Shown: positions 8,874 through 17,874 of the stretch, one piece after another
How the letters are laid out: every line of letters begins with the position of its first letter
Position numbering within the stretch: position 1 is the first letter of the stretch
NCBI GenBank assembly: GCA_046349415.1
Contig: JAXMCJ010000045.1
Coordinates: forward strand, 6,918-30,917
DNA: 24,000 bases
Source: Geminicoccaceae bacterium
Lineage (GTDB): Bacteria > Pseudomonadota > Alphaproteobacteria > Geminicoccales > Geminicoccaceae
Direction: 5' to 3'
The notes under the pieces: model-generated
What the model saw: only the letters and a program-made list of their open reading frames with translations
Database searches by the model: none
Told to the model about the DNA's origin: nothing
Position numbers and translations under genes: made by a program

Positions 8874-10043
8874 TCAGAACGATCGCGGCAGGCCCAGGAC
8901 CTTCTCGGCGACGTAGCTCAGGATGAGGTTGGTCGAGATCGGGGCCACCTGGTAGAGGCGGGTCTCGCGGAACTTACGCTCGACGTCGTACTCGACGGCG
9001 AAGCCGTAGCCGCCATGGGTCTGCAGGCAGGCGTTGGCGGCCTCCCAGGAGGCGTCGGCGGCCAGCAGCTTGGCCATGTTCGCCTGCTCGCCACAGGGCA
9101 GCCCGGCGTCGAAGCGGCGGCAGGCCTCCCAGCGCATCAGGCTCGCCGCCTCGATGTTGACATGCGCGCGGGCGATCGGGAACTGCACGCCCTGGTTCTG
9201 GCCGATCGGCCGGCCGAAGACGCGACGCTCGCGGGCATAGGCGGTGGCCTTATCAACGAACCAGCGGCCGTCGCCGATGCACTCGGCGGCGATCAGGGTG
9301 CGCTCGGCATTGAGGCCGTCCAGCACGTGGCGGAAGCCCTGCCCTTCGGTGCCGATCAGGTTCTCGTGCGGGATCTCGAGCCCGTCGATGAACAGCTCGC
9401 AAGTGTCGTGGCTGACCATGTTGGCGATCGGCCTGATTTCGAGCCCGTGCCCCGCCGCCTCACGCAGGTCGACCAGGAACAGGGACAGGCCCTCGCCCTT
9501 GCGCGCGACCTCGGCGGCCGGGGTGGTGCGGGCGAGCAGGATCATCAGGTCAGAATGACGGACGCGCGAGATCCAGACCTTCTGGCCATGCACCAGCCAG
9601 CGGTCTCCCTGGCGGACGGCAGTGGTGCGGGTGGCGGTGGTGTCGGTGCCGGCCTCGGGCTCGGTGACTCCCATGGACTGCAGGCGCAGCCGGCCGGCGG
9701 CGATCTCCGGCAGCCAGCGCGCCTTCTGCGCGGCCGAGCCGTACCGCAGCAGCGTGCCCATATTGTACATCTGGCCGTGGCAGGCGCCGGCATTGCCGCC
9801 GCAGCGGTTGATCTCCTCCATGATCACCGAGGCCTCGGCGAGGCCCAGCCCCGCGCCGCCATAGTCCTGCGGGATCAGGGCGGCGAGCCAGCCGGCCTCG
9901 GTCAGCGCCTGGACGAAGGCGTCGGGGTAGGTGCCGGCCTGATCCACGGTCTGGAAGTAGCTGCCCGGAAAGCGGGCGCAGAGGGCGCGGATCGCCTCGC
10001 GCAACTCGCGGAAGTCGTCATCGGGCTCAGTGCTGCCGATCAT
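8874..10043 (-). CDS. Acyl-CoA dehydrogenase family protein
   Basis: The ORF spans 8874-10091. The likely start is the internal ATG at 10043 (MIGSTEPDDDFRELREAIRALCARFP...), because the first 16 codons overlap the vapC 3' end. ACAD motifs are present (GVTEPEAGTD, QIHGGYG-like QTHGGYGF). Confidence 0.9.
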   Translation of the reverse strand: MIGSTEPDDDFRELREAIRALCARFPGSYFQTVDQAGTYPDAFVQALTEAGWLAALIPQDYGGAGLGLAEASVIMEEINRCGGNAGACHGQMYNMGTLLRYGSAAQKARWLPEIAAGRLRLQSMGVTEPEAGTDTTATRTTAVRQGDRWLVHGQKVWISRVRHSDLMILLARTTPAAEVARKGEGLSLFLVDLREAAGHGLEIRPIANMVSHDTCELFIDGLEIPHENLIGTEGQGFRHVLDGLNAERTLIAAECIGDGRWFVDKATAYARERRVFGRPIGQNQGVQFPIARAHVNIEAASLMRWEACRRFDAGLPCGEQANMAKLLAADASWEAANACLQTHGGYGFAVEYDVERKFRETRLYQVAPISTNLILSYVAEKVLGLPRSF

Positions 10044-10050
10044 CCGGGCG

Positions 10051-10455
10051 TCACCACGCGACCGGCACGCCGTACTGCGCAATGCCGGCATCGGAGGTCA
10101 GTACCGTCCGGCCGCTGCGCTGGGCGATAGCGACCAGGGCGCGATCGAACGGGTCGGCGTGGAATGCCGGCAAACCGCCCGCCTGCTCGGCCGTCGCCGC
10201 GTCGAGCGGCAGAAGGTCGAAGCCGTGTGCCCGCAGCATGCCGGCGAGGGTGGCATGCCCGCCCGTGCGGATGTCGGGAAGCTTGCCGCGCGCGGTCTTG
10301 ATGGCGATCTCCCAGACCGTCGTGGCCGCGACGGCGACTGCCGCGGGCTCACTTTCCAGGATCTTGCGCACGCGAAACGGGAATCCAGGAGCGGACCGGT
10401 AAAAGCCGATCACCGCACACGCATCCGCGAGCCATCGGCTCAATCGATGCCCCAC
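10051..10455 (-). CDS. vapC: PIN-domain toxin (VapC family)
   Basis: 134-aa ORF with motifs LADACAV (N-terminal Asp), WEIAIK, HADPFDRALVAIA and LTSD. It overlaps the antitoxin gene. The start is either ATG 10455 (16-nt overlap) or TTG 10443 (TTGA 4-nt overlap). Confidence 0.8.
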   Translation of the reverse strand: MGHRLSRWLADACAVIGFYRSAPGFPFRVRKILESEPAAVAVAATTVWEIAIKTARGKLPDIRTGGHATLAGMLRAHGFDLLPLDAATAEQAGGLPAFHADPFDRALVAIAQRSGRTVLTSDAGIAQYGVPVAW

Positions 10456-10697
10456 TCGCGCAGCTCTTCCTTGCCCATCGGCGCCAAGGCCTTGGCGATG
10501 TCCTCCTCGGTCAGGCCCGACCGCTCGAAAGCCTCGCGCGCCGCGCCGAAGACCGGCCGTTCGCGGGGCAGGTCGGCAGGGACCAGACGGGCGACAGGAC
10601 GATTGCGGTTGGTGATGACGACCTCCTCGCCGGCTGCGACGGCCTGGATGAGGGCGGAGAGGCGCGTCTTCGCTTCGTAGATGCTCACCGATTGCAT
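10440..10697 (-). CDS. Phd/YefM-family type II antitoxin
   Basis: 85-aa ORF. MQSVSIYEAKTRLSALIQAVAAGEEVVITNRNRPVARLVP is a typical Phd/YefM N-terminal domain. It lies immediately upstream of the PIN gene and overlaps it. Confidence 0.8.
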   Translation of the reverse strand: MQSVSIYEAKTRLSALIQAVAAGEEVVITNRNRPVARLVPADLPRERPVFGAAREAFERSGLTEEDIAKALAPMGKEELREWGID

Positions 10698-10723
10698 GGT
10701 CTCGAACCTAGTCAGATATTTGA

Positions 10724-10739
10724 CCAGATTTTAATCTGG
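10724..10739. promoter_or_regulatory. Perfect AT-rich palindrome in the TA promoter region (candidate antitoxin operator)
   Basis: ccagatt-tt-aatctgg (7+2+7) lies 27-42 nt upstream of the antitoxin ATG. This is the most AT-rich stretch of the area. Confidence 0.4.
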
Positions 10740-10760
10740 AGAACGGTGCGGCGGCAAGAA

Positions 10761-10803
10761 GCCCCCACCCCGGCCCTCCCCCGCCAAGCGGGAGAGGGAG
10801 GGA
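10761..10803 (+). repeat. REP-like palindromic unit A (subtype 1)
   Basis: gcccccaccccggccctcccccgc-caa-gcgggagagggaggg. The internal stem is ccctcccccgc/gcgggagaggg. It ends 12 nt from the cyclase-gene stop. Confidence 0.9.
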
Positions 10804-10815
10804 TGCAGCGGCGGC

Positions 10816-11649
10816 TCAGACCAGCGCCAGCACCCGGCTCGGGCCGCCGGTGCCGCCCTTCACCTTGGGGCCGCCGAGGACCAGGATGGCGCCCTTGGCC
10901 GGCAGGCTGCCGAGATTGGCCAGGCACTCCACGCCCCAGCGGCCGCTGCCGAGCCAGGAATAGTGGACCGGGAACGGACCGGTATTCATGCCGGTGTCGA
11001 GCGAGAGCGTGTCGACGCCCAGGCCCTTGACGTTGCGCTCGGCCATCAGCAGGTGCGCCGTCTCGCCGTGGAAGCCGGGCGTGTGGTTCTTGCCGGCATC
11101 GTCGCGGCCGGCGAAGCGCGGCGTCATCAGGAGCTTGTCCCAGCCGGAGTTCATGGCGACGCAGCAGCCTTCGGGCAGGGGTCCGTTGGCGGCCTCCCAG
11201 GCCTTGATGTCGTCGGGCGTGACCGAAGCGTCGGGATCGTCCTGGGCGCGCTTGGAGATGTCGACGATGGCCAGCGGCACGACCAGGTCGGCGATCGGGA
11301 TCTGGTCGACGCTGATGCCGTCGGCGGTGAAGTGCAGCGGCGCGTCCATGTGGGTGCCGGTGTGCTCGACCAGCGCCCAGCGGTTGATGTTCAGCTTCTC
11401 CTTGGCGAAGGTGAGCATCGGCTCCATCGTGAACCACTTGTCGCCACCGAAGGTCGGAAAGCCCTCGAACAGCGGATGGGTCAGGTCCTGGACGCCGCTG
11501 AAGCTGTGGGTCGCAGGCGTCGCCGCATGGGCCGGCGGGGCCAGGGCGGCGCCGCAGGCCATGGTCGCGGCGGCGGCCGTGCCGGCGCCGAGGAACGAGC
11601 GGCGGCCGGTGCGCTGGTGCAGGCTGGCGAGAAAGCCGGGCGGGCACAT
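10816..11649 (-). CDS. Cyclase-family protein (kynurenine-formamidase-like fold) with Tat signal
   Basis: 277-aa ORF with the strong RBS gggaggaaag. The N-terminus has RRSFLGAGTAAAATMA...AHA. The metal motif EHTGTHMDAPLHF is present. Confidence 0.85.
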   Translation of the reverse strand: MCPPGFLASLHQRTGRRSFLGAGTAAAATMACGAALAPPAHAATPATHSFSGVQDLTHPLFEGFPTFGGDKWFTMEPMLTFAKEKLNINRWALVEHTGTHMDAPLHFTADGISVDQIPIADLVVPLAIVDISKRAQDDPDASVTPDDIKAWEAANGPLPEGCCVAMNSGWDKLLMTPRFAGRDDAGKNHTPGFHGETAHLLMAERNVKGLGVDTLSLDTGMNTGPFPVHYSWLGSGRWGVECLANLGSLPAKGAILVLGGPKVKGGTGGPSRVLALV

Positions 11650-11748
11650 GGTTCTTTCCTCCCTGGTTCGCGCTCGGCGCGGCGCTCCGAAGGCGCGCGC
11701 GACGTCAACGCAACGTTAGAGCAGTCGCCATCTGGGTGAAATAGCGAA

Positions 11749-11793
11749 CCCCAGCCCCACCCCGGCCCTCCCCCGCGGCGCGGGAGAGGGAGG
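11749..11793 (+). repeat. REP-like palindromic unit B (subtype 1)
   Basis: ccccagccccaccccggccctcccccgc-ggc-gcgggagagggagg. It ends 13 nt from the ureG stop. Confidence 0.9.
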
Positions 11794-11806
11794 AGACAGG
11801 TGGCGT

Positions 11807-12430
11807 TCAGGCGGCGGCGTCGAGGCCGCCGGCTTCGGCGATGAAGTCGATGACCTGCCGCACGCCCACGCCGCCGCGCAGGTTGGCCATGACGTAGGGG
11901 CGGTCGGCGCGCATGCGGCGGGTGTCGGCCTCCATGACGGCGAGGTCGGCGCCGACCAAAGGAGCCAAGTCAGTCTTGTTGATGACCAGCAGGTCGGAGC
12001 GGGTGATGCCGGGGCCGCCCTTGCGCGGGATCTTCTCGCCGCCGGCGACGTCGATGACGTAGATGGTGAGGTCGGCGAGCTCGGGGCTGAAGGTGGCGGC
12101 GAGGTTGTCGCCGCCGGATTCGATCAGCAAGAGCTCGAGGCCGGGGAAGCGGCGGGTCATGTCGCGCACGGCGGCGAGGTTGATCGAGGCGTCCTCGCGG
12201 ATCGCGGTGTGCGGGCAGCCGCCGGTCTCCACGCCCATGATCCGCTCGGGCGGCAAAGCGCCGGCGACGGTGAGCAGGCGCTGGTCCTCCTTGGTGTAGA
12301 TGTCGTTGGTGATCACGGCCATGTTCCAGCGCTCGCGCATGGCCTTGCACAAGACCTCGCACAGCATGGTCTTGCCGGAGCCGACCGGGCCGCCGATGCC
12401 GACGCGGAGCGGGCCGTGGGATGGGGTCAT
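11807..12430 (-). CDS. ureG: Urease accessory GTPase UreG
   Basis: [21 protein letters not shown]..., plus ESGGDNL and INKTDLAP. The ATG at 12430 overlaps the ureF stop (ATGA). The longer ORF to 12520 overlaps ureF and is unlikely to be real. Confidence 0.95.
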   Translation of the reverse strand: MTPSHGPLRVGIGGPVGSGKTMLCEVLCKAMRERWNMAVITNDIYTKEDQRLLTVAGALPPERIMGVETGGCPHTAIREDASINLAAVRDMTRRFPGLELLLIESGGDNLAATFSPELADLTIYVIDVAGGEKIPRKGGPGITRSDLLVINKTDLAPLVGADLAVMEADTRRMRADRPYVMANLRGGVGVRQVIDFIAEAGGLDAAA

Positions 12431-13113
12431 GAGCGGAACAGCCTCGTGTACTGGGTCTCGTGGCGCATCGAGCAGAGATCGACCATGAGGGTCGAGGTGC
12501 CGAGGTCGTCGAGCGGGCAATCGCGCGCGGCCAAAGCCACCTCGGCCACGATCGGCTCCAGGGCCGCCAGCGCCTTCTGGCCGTCGGTCTGACCGAGCGG
12601 GACGGCGCGGACGGCGGCAGAGACGAGGTTGGCGGCGAAGGCCTGAAGGTAGGCCGGCAGGACGAGCGTCAACGGCACCTCGTGGGCTGCGGCGACGGCG
12701 GCGACGGCGAGCGGGTAGGTCAGGCCCGGACCATCGTCGAGCAGGCGGGCGAGGCGGCCGGCGGGGTCGGGCCAGGAGGCGAGGCTGGCGGTGGCGAAGG
12801 CCTCGCCCTGGGCGCGGGTCTCCAGCGCCAGCTCGGCTGTCGGCGTCCAGGCTTGGGCGGTCGCACGCAGCTCGCGCCAGCCGGCATCATCATCCTCCGC
12901 GACAGCGCGGTGGGCGTGGGCCAGGAGCACGGCGTCCTGCCAGCCGCCGCCCGAGCGCAGGACGGTGCCGAGCCAGGCGACGAGGCCGGCGCGGTCGCGG
13001 AGCAGACCCGCCTCGACCGCCCATTCGAGGCCGTGGCTGTAGGTGTAGGCGCCGACCGGGTAGGCGGGCGAGAGCCAGGCGAGCAGGCGGAAGAGGGCGG
13101 CGTCAGTGGTCAT
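12427..13113 (-). CDS. ureF: Urease accessory protein UreF
   Basis: [34 protein letters not shown]... is typical of UreF. The ATG at 13113 overlaps the ureE 3' end by 11 nt. Confidence 0.9.
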   Translation of the reverse strand: MTTDAALFRLLAWLSPAYPVGAYTYSHGLEWAVEAGLLRDRAGLVAWLGTVLRSGGGWQDAVLLAHAHRAVAEDDDAGWRELRATAQAWTPTAELALETRAQGEAFATASLASWPDPAGRLARLLDDGPGLTYPLAVAAVAAAHEVPLTLVLPAYLQAFAANLVSAAVRAVPLGQTDGQKALAALEPIVAEVALAARDCPLDDLGTSTLMVDLCSMRHETQYTRLFRS

Positions 13114-13537
13114 GGCCGTGGCCGTAGGCGCCGCCCTCGGGGTCGAACGGTGCGGTGGCGGCGGTGACGGCGGCACCCAGATGGTCGGTCAGGAGATGCT
13201 CGAGGACATGGTCGGCGCGGATGCGCAGGGCGCCGGGCAGGATCTGGGTGGGGGTGTGGCGGTTGCCGAGGTGCCAGGCGATGCGGGCCAGCGCCAGGGG
13301 GTCGGGGGCCGAGACGTCGAGGACGGATTCGGGGGCGGCGCGGACCTGGAGCAGGGTGCCGTCGTCCAGCGCCAGGAGGTCACCGTCGCGCAGAACGCGG
13401 GCCTCGGGGAGGTCGAGGAGGAAGGCGCGGCCGTCGTCGGCGGCGAAGCGCAGGCGGCGGCGGTGGCGGTCGTCGTAGGCGAGGGTGACGGTGGTCGCCG
13501 GCGTTCCCTCGGAGACGATGGCGGTGGCGCGGGGGAG
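13103..13537 (-). CDS. ureE: Urease accessory protein UreE (homologous region only; no canonical start codon of its own)
   Basis: LPRATAIVSEGTPATTVTLAYDDRHRRRLRF...IAWHLGNRHTP...GHGHDH*. The reading frame stays open upstream through repeat C into the DUF559 ORF (one ORF, 13103-13975). The nearest in-frame upstream ATG/GTG/TTG is the GTG at 13681. Confidence 0.8.
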   Translation of the reverse strand, partial: LPRATAIVSEGTPATTVTLAYDDRHRRRLRFAADDGRAFLLDLPEARVLRDGDLLALDDGTLLQVRAAPESVLDVSAPDPLALARIAWHLGNRHTPTQILPGALRIRADHVLEHLLTDHLGAAVTAATAPFDPEGGAYGHGHDH

Positions 13538-13540
13538 ATT

Positions 13541-13630
13541 GCCCCCACCCCGGCCCTCCCCCGCTGCGCGGGAGAGGGAGTCCGATTCGCTCCCTCCACC
13601 GCCGGAGGCGGGGGAGGGCCGGGGTGGGGG
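13541..13630. repeat. Inverted pair of REP-like units: C1 (13541-13580, forward, subtype 1) and C2 (13590-13630, reverse, subtype 2)
   Basis: C1 is gcccccaccccggccctcccccgc-tgc-gcgggagagggag. The reverse complement of C2 is cccccaccccggccctcccccgc-ctcc-ggcggtggagggag. A 9-nt spacer separates them, so together they can form a roughly 40-bp hairpin. Confidence 0.9.
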
Positions 13631-13975
13631 CCGCAGGGACTCGGCGATGCGCTGGGCGACACCTTCCGAACTCTCCAGCACCTCGTTGTTCCAGAAGCGC
13701 AGCACCCGCCAGCCGTGCCGCGCCATGTACGCATCCCGGGCGGCATCGACGCTACCATGCTGGCCGCCGTCGACCTCGACGACGAGCTTGGCGGCGACGC
13801 AGGCGAAGTCGGCGACGTAGGGCGGGATCGGGTGCTGGCGGCGGAAGTGGGCGCCTTCGAGCTGTCGGGCACGCAGGATGGACCAGAGGCGGTTCTCGGC
13901 CTCGGTGGGCTCACGCCGGAGCTGGCGGGCGCGGTCGCGGAGATTGGTGTCGGTGCGCGGCAAGGCAGCCCCCAC
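13631..13975 (-). CDS. DUF559 (Vsr/PD-(D/E)XK-like) endonuclease-domain protein; no stop codon of its own, reads through into ureE
   Basis: ...RARQLRREPTEAENRLWSILRARQLEGAHFRRQHPIPPYVADFACVAAKLVVEVDGGQHG...RHGWRVLRFWNNEVL... is the classic DUF559 pattern. The start is either GTG 13975 (inside repeat D) or TTG 13963 (MPRTDTNLRDRARQL...). Confidence 0.8.
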
Positions 13976-14010
13976 CCCGGCCCTCCCCCGCTCGCGCGGT
14001 GGAGGGAGGG
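13968..14010 (+). repeat. REP-like palindromic unit D (subtype 2)
   Basis: gcccccaccccggccctcccccgc-tcgc-gcggtggagggaggg. It ends 3 nt from the ureC stop codon. Confidence 0.9.
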
Positions 14011-14013
14011 AGA

Positions 14014-15725
<1,712 letters not shown>

Positions 15726-15726
<1 letters not shown>

Positions 15727-16031
15727 CACAGCGCCCCCATGATCTTCTGATTGAAGCCGAACACCTTGCGCTGGCCGCCATAGGCGACGAGCACGACCTC
15801 GCGCGACTGGCCGGGCTCGAAGCGCACCGCGGTGCCGGCGGGGATGTTCAGCCGCATGCCGCGGGCCTGGACGCGGTCGAAGGCCAGAGCCTCGTTGGTC
15901 TCGAAGAAGTGGTAGTGCGAGCCCACCTGGATCGGCCGGTCGCCGGTGTTGGCGACGGTGAGCGCCACGGTCGGTCGGCCGGCGTTCAGCTCGATCTCGC
16001 CGACGGCGGGGATGATCTCGCCTGGGATCAT
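15726..16031 (-). CDS. ureB: Urease beta subunit UreB
   Basis: [46 protein letters not shown]...; 101 aa, with the RBS agaggaaaa. Confidence 0.97.
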
Positions 16032-16076
16032 GGGGGTTTTCCTCTATACTGCCGTCATGGGCGAAGGGAGTGGCCG

Positions 16077-16625
16077 ATGGCCGACCAGGCGCTGCAGTTG
16101 ATGACGGTCGATGAGTTCCTGGCGTGGGACGACGGGACGGACACGCGCTACGAGCTGTCGGATGGCGTGGTCCGGGCGATGTCGCCGCCGTCCAACGCGC
16201 ATGGCACCATTGCCGGGAATGCCTCGCTGGCGATTGGAACCGTACTCAGGAGCAAACGGCCATGCCGATTTCAGCCTGACGCCGGCGTAAGGATCGACCA
16301 GACTACCTGGTGGCAAGCGGACATTGCTGTCAGGTGCAGCCCGATTACTTCCGGCGGCGAGATCGACCAGCCGGTGCTGATCGTGGAGGTGCTCTCGCCC
16401 AGCACTCGCACGCACGACCTGGGCGAGAAGCTCGTCGACTATAAGACCCTGCCGTCCGTCACCGAGATCTGGATGATCGATTCCGTGCGGCGCTGGGTCC
16501 AACATTGGCGGCGTGACCAAAGCGGCTGGATCGGGCAGGACTTCGTCGGCAGCTCGGCGTTCGACAGTCCCATGCTGGGTGCACGGGTAACGCTCGACGA
16601 GCTCTATGACGGCGCCGAGCTCTGA
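16077..16625 (+). CDS. Uma2-family (DUF820) PD-(D/E)XK putative endonuclease, antisense to the urease operon
   Basis: [32 protein letters not shown]...PDAGVRID...[37 protein letters not shown]. The RBS gggag is present. GC content is visibly lower than in the flanks. The antisense 201-aa ORF is Arg-rich with no recognisable family. Confidence 0.8.
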   Translation: MADQALQLMTVDEFLAWDDGTDTRYELSDGVVRAMSPPSNAHGTIAGNASLAIGTVLRSKRPCRFQPDAGVRIDQTTWWQADIAVRCSPITSGGEIDQPVLIVEVLSPSTRTHDLGEKLVDYKTLPSVTEIWMIDSVRRWVQHWRRDQSGWIGQDFVGSSAFDSPMLGARVTLDELYDGAEL

Positions 16626-16632
16626 TCTTACC

Positions 16633-16935
16633 TCACCGGATCGGCTCATGCACCGTCACCAGCTTGGTACCGTCGGGGAAGGTGGCCTCGACCTGGACCT
16701 CGTGGATCATCTCGGGCACGCCCTCCATCACCTGTGAGCGGGTGATGACCTCGGCCCCGGCGGCCATGAGCTCGGCGACGCTGCGGCCGTCGCGGGCACC
16801 CTCGACGACGAAGTCGGTGATCAGGGCCACGGCCTCGGGGTGATTGAGCCTGACGCCGCGCTCTAGGCGCCGCCGCGCCACCTGCGCCGCCATGGCGACC
16901 AGCAGCTTGTCCTTCTCGCGCGGGGTGAGCAGCAT
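16633..16935 (-). CDS. ureA: Urease gamma subunit UreA
   Basis: [39 protein letters not shown]...; 100 aa. Confidence 0.97.
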   Translation of the reverse strand: MLLTPREKDKLLVAMAAQVARRRLERGVRLNHPEAVALITDFVVEGARDGRSVAELMAAGAEVITRSQVMEGVPEMIHEVQVEATFPDGTKLVTVHEPIR

Positions 16936-16944
16936 CGCGTTCCC

Positions 16945-17874
16945 TCAGACGTGCCAGAGCCGCGGCAGGACCGGCGGCAGGCCGGCGACCGCGGCGCGAA
17001 AGCGGGCCCAGAACAACGTGAAGGCGCGGCGCAGGGCAAGCGGGTCCTCGCCGATCAGGCGCGCGACCAGCACTTCGTCGACCACCGTGGCCCCGGCGCG
17101 GACGGAGGCGTCCGGCAGCAGCTCGCGGGCGAGATCGAGCCGGTCGGGCGCGTCGGGGCCGACATAGGCGAAAGTGGTCACGACGCGCGCCCCGGCGAGC
17201 CCGGCGGGAGCATCCACGGCCTGGGTGATGTCGCCGGCGAGGCGGAAGACGTCGCGCCAGAGCCGCCGGCCGCCGGCGCGGATCTCGATCCGGTCGTGGA
17301 GCAGGCCGGAGGCGATACGCTCACCTGAGGCCAGGCGGCCCAGCACGAGCGTCTCGCCGAGCATGGCGCGGGCGCCCGGTGCCAGATCGAGTGCCAAGGA
17401 GCGCCGGAGGCGCGCACGGTCGAAAAGGATGGTCTCCTGCGGGCACCATTCGAGCCAGCCGCGCTCGCCGACGGCGAGGCGGGTTTCGACGAGGCAGTCG
17501 GGGCCGAGCGAGCGGTAGACCTTCTCGGCGGCTTGGCTGGTGACCAGCGCCGCGGCCCCCAGGCCGAGCTCGATCTCGACGGTCGAGCGGTCGCCGCCGA
17601 CCAGGCCGCCGCCGACATTGGCGATGGCGGCGACGACGAGGTCGCCGCAGTCGTGGCGCGGCAGGAAGGCGCGCAGGGGGGTCTTCTGGTAGAGGCGGGC
17701 GAGGCGGGTGGAGCCGTCGCGATACACGAGGGAGAGCGAGAGGTGCCCCCACCCCGGCCCTCCCCCGCCGGCGGCGGTGGAGGGGGCAGGAAGGACGGCG
17801 TCCAGCGCCCCCTCTCCCGCGGCGCGGGGGAGGGTCGGGGTGGGGGCGTCATACGGTGAGGTAGCGGCGTACAT
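16945..17874 (-). CDS. ureD: Urease accessory protein UreD (longest ORF; the conserved part probably starts at GTG 17727)
   Basis: UreD-like sequence runs from ...VYRDGSTRLARLYQKTPLRAF...VGGGLVGGD... to the end. The first 49 codons of the ATG-17874 ORF overlap the urtE 3' end and translate repeat pair E (PTPTLPRAAGEG...GGGGPGWG). Confidence 0.85.
   Translation of the reverse strand: MYAATSPYDAPTPTLPRAAGEGALDAVLPAPSTAAGGGGPGWGHLSLSLVYRDGSTRLARLYQKTPLRAFLPRHDCGDLVVAAIANVGGGLVGGDRSTVEIELGLGAAALVTSQAAEKVYRSLGPDCLVETRLAVGERGWLEWCPQETILFDRARLRRSLALDLAPGARAMLGETLVLGRLASGERIASGLLHDRIEIRAGGRRLWRDVFRLAGDITQAVDAPAGLAGARVVTTFAYVGPDAPDRLDLARELLPDASVRAGATVVDEVLVARLIGEDPLALRRAFTLFWARFRAAVAGLPPVLPRLWHV
17745..17846. 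repeat. Inverted pair of REP-like units: E1 (17745-17786, forward, subtype 2) and E2 (17808-17846, reverse, subtype 1)
   Basis: E1 is gcccccaccccggccctcccccgc-cggc-ggcggtggaggggg. The reverse complement of E2 is cccccaccccgaccctcccccgc-gcc-gcgggagaggggg. The spacer is 21 nt. E2 ends 2 nt from the urtE stop. Confidence 0.9.

Larger units (their letters stand above)
13590..14010 (-). mobile_element. Candidate repeat-bounded DUF559 cassette (imperfect inverted subtype-2 units of about 41 bp at both ends)
   Basis: Units D and C2 are in inverted orientation and share the ggtggaggg arm variant. They enclose only the DUF559 ORF, which sits between ureC and ureE. No target-site duplication or transposase was recognised. 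Confidence 0.3.

Noticed and set aside
16044-16649. 201-aa ORF on the - strand that would fill the ureA-ureB gap in the operon orientation
   Set aside because: The sequence is Arg/Pro-rich with no family resemblance. The opposite strand encodes a clear Uma2-family protein with its catalytic motifs and an RBS.
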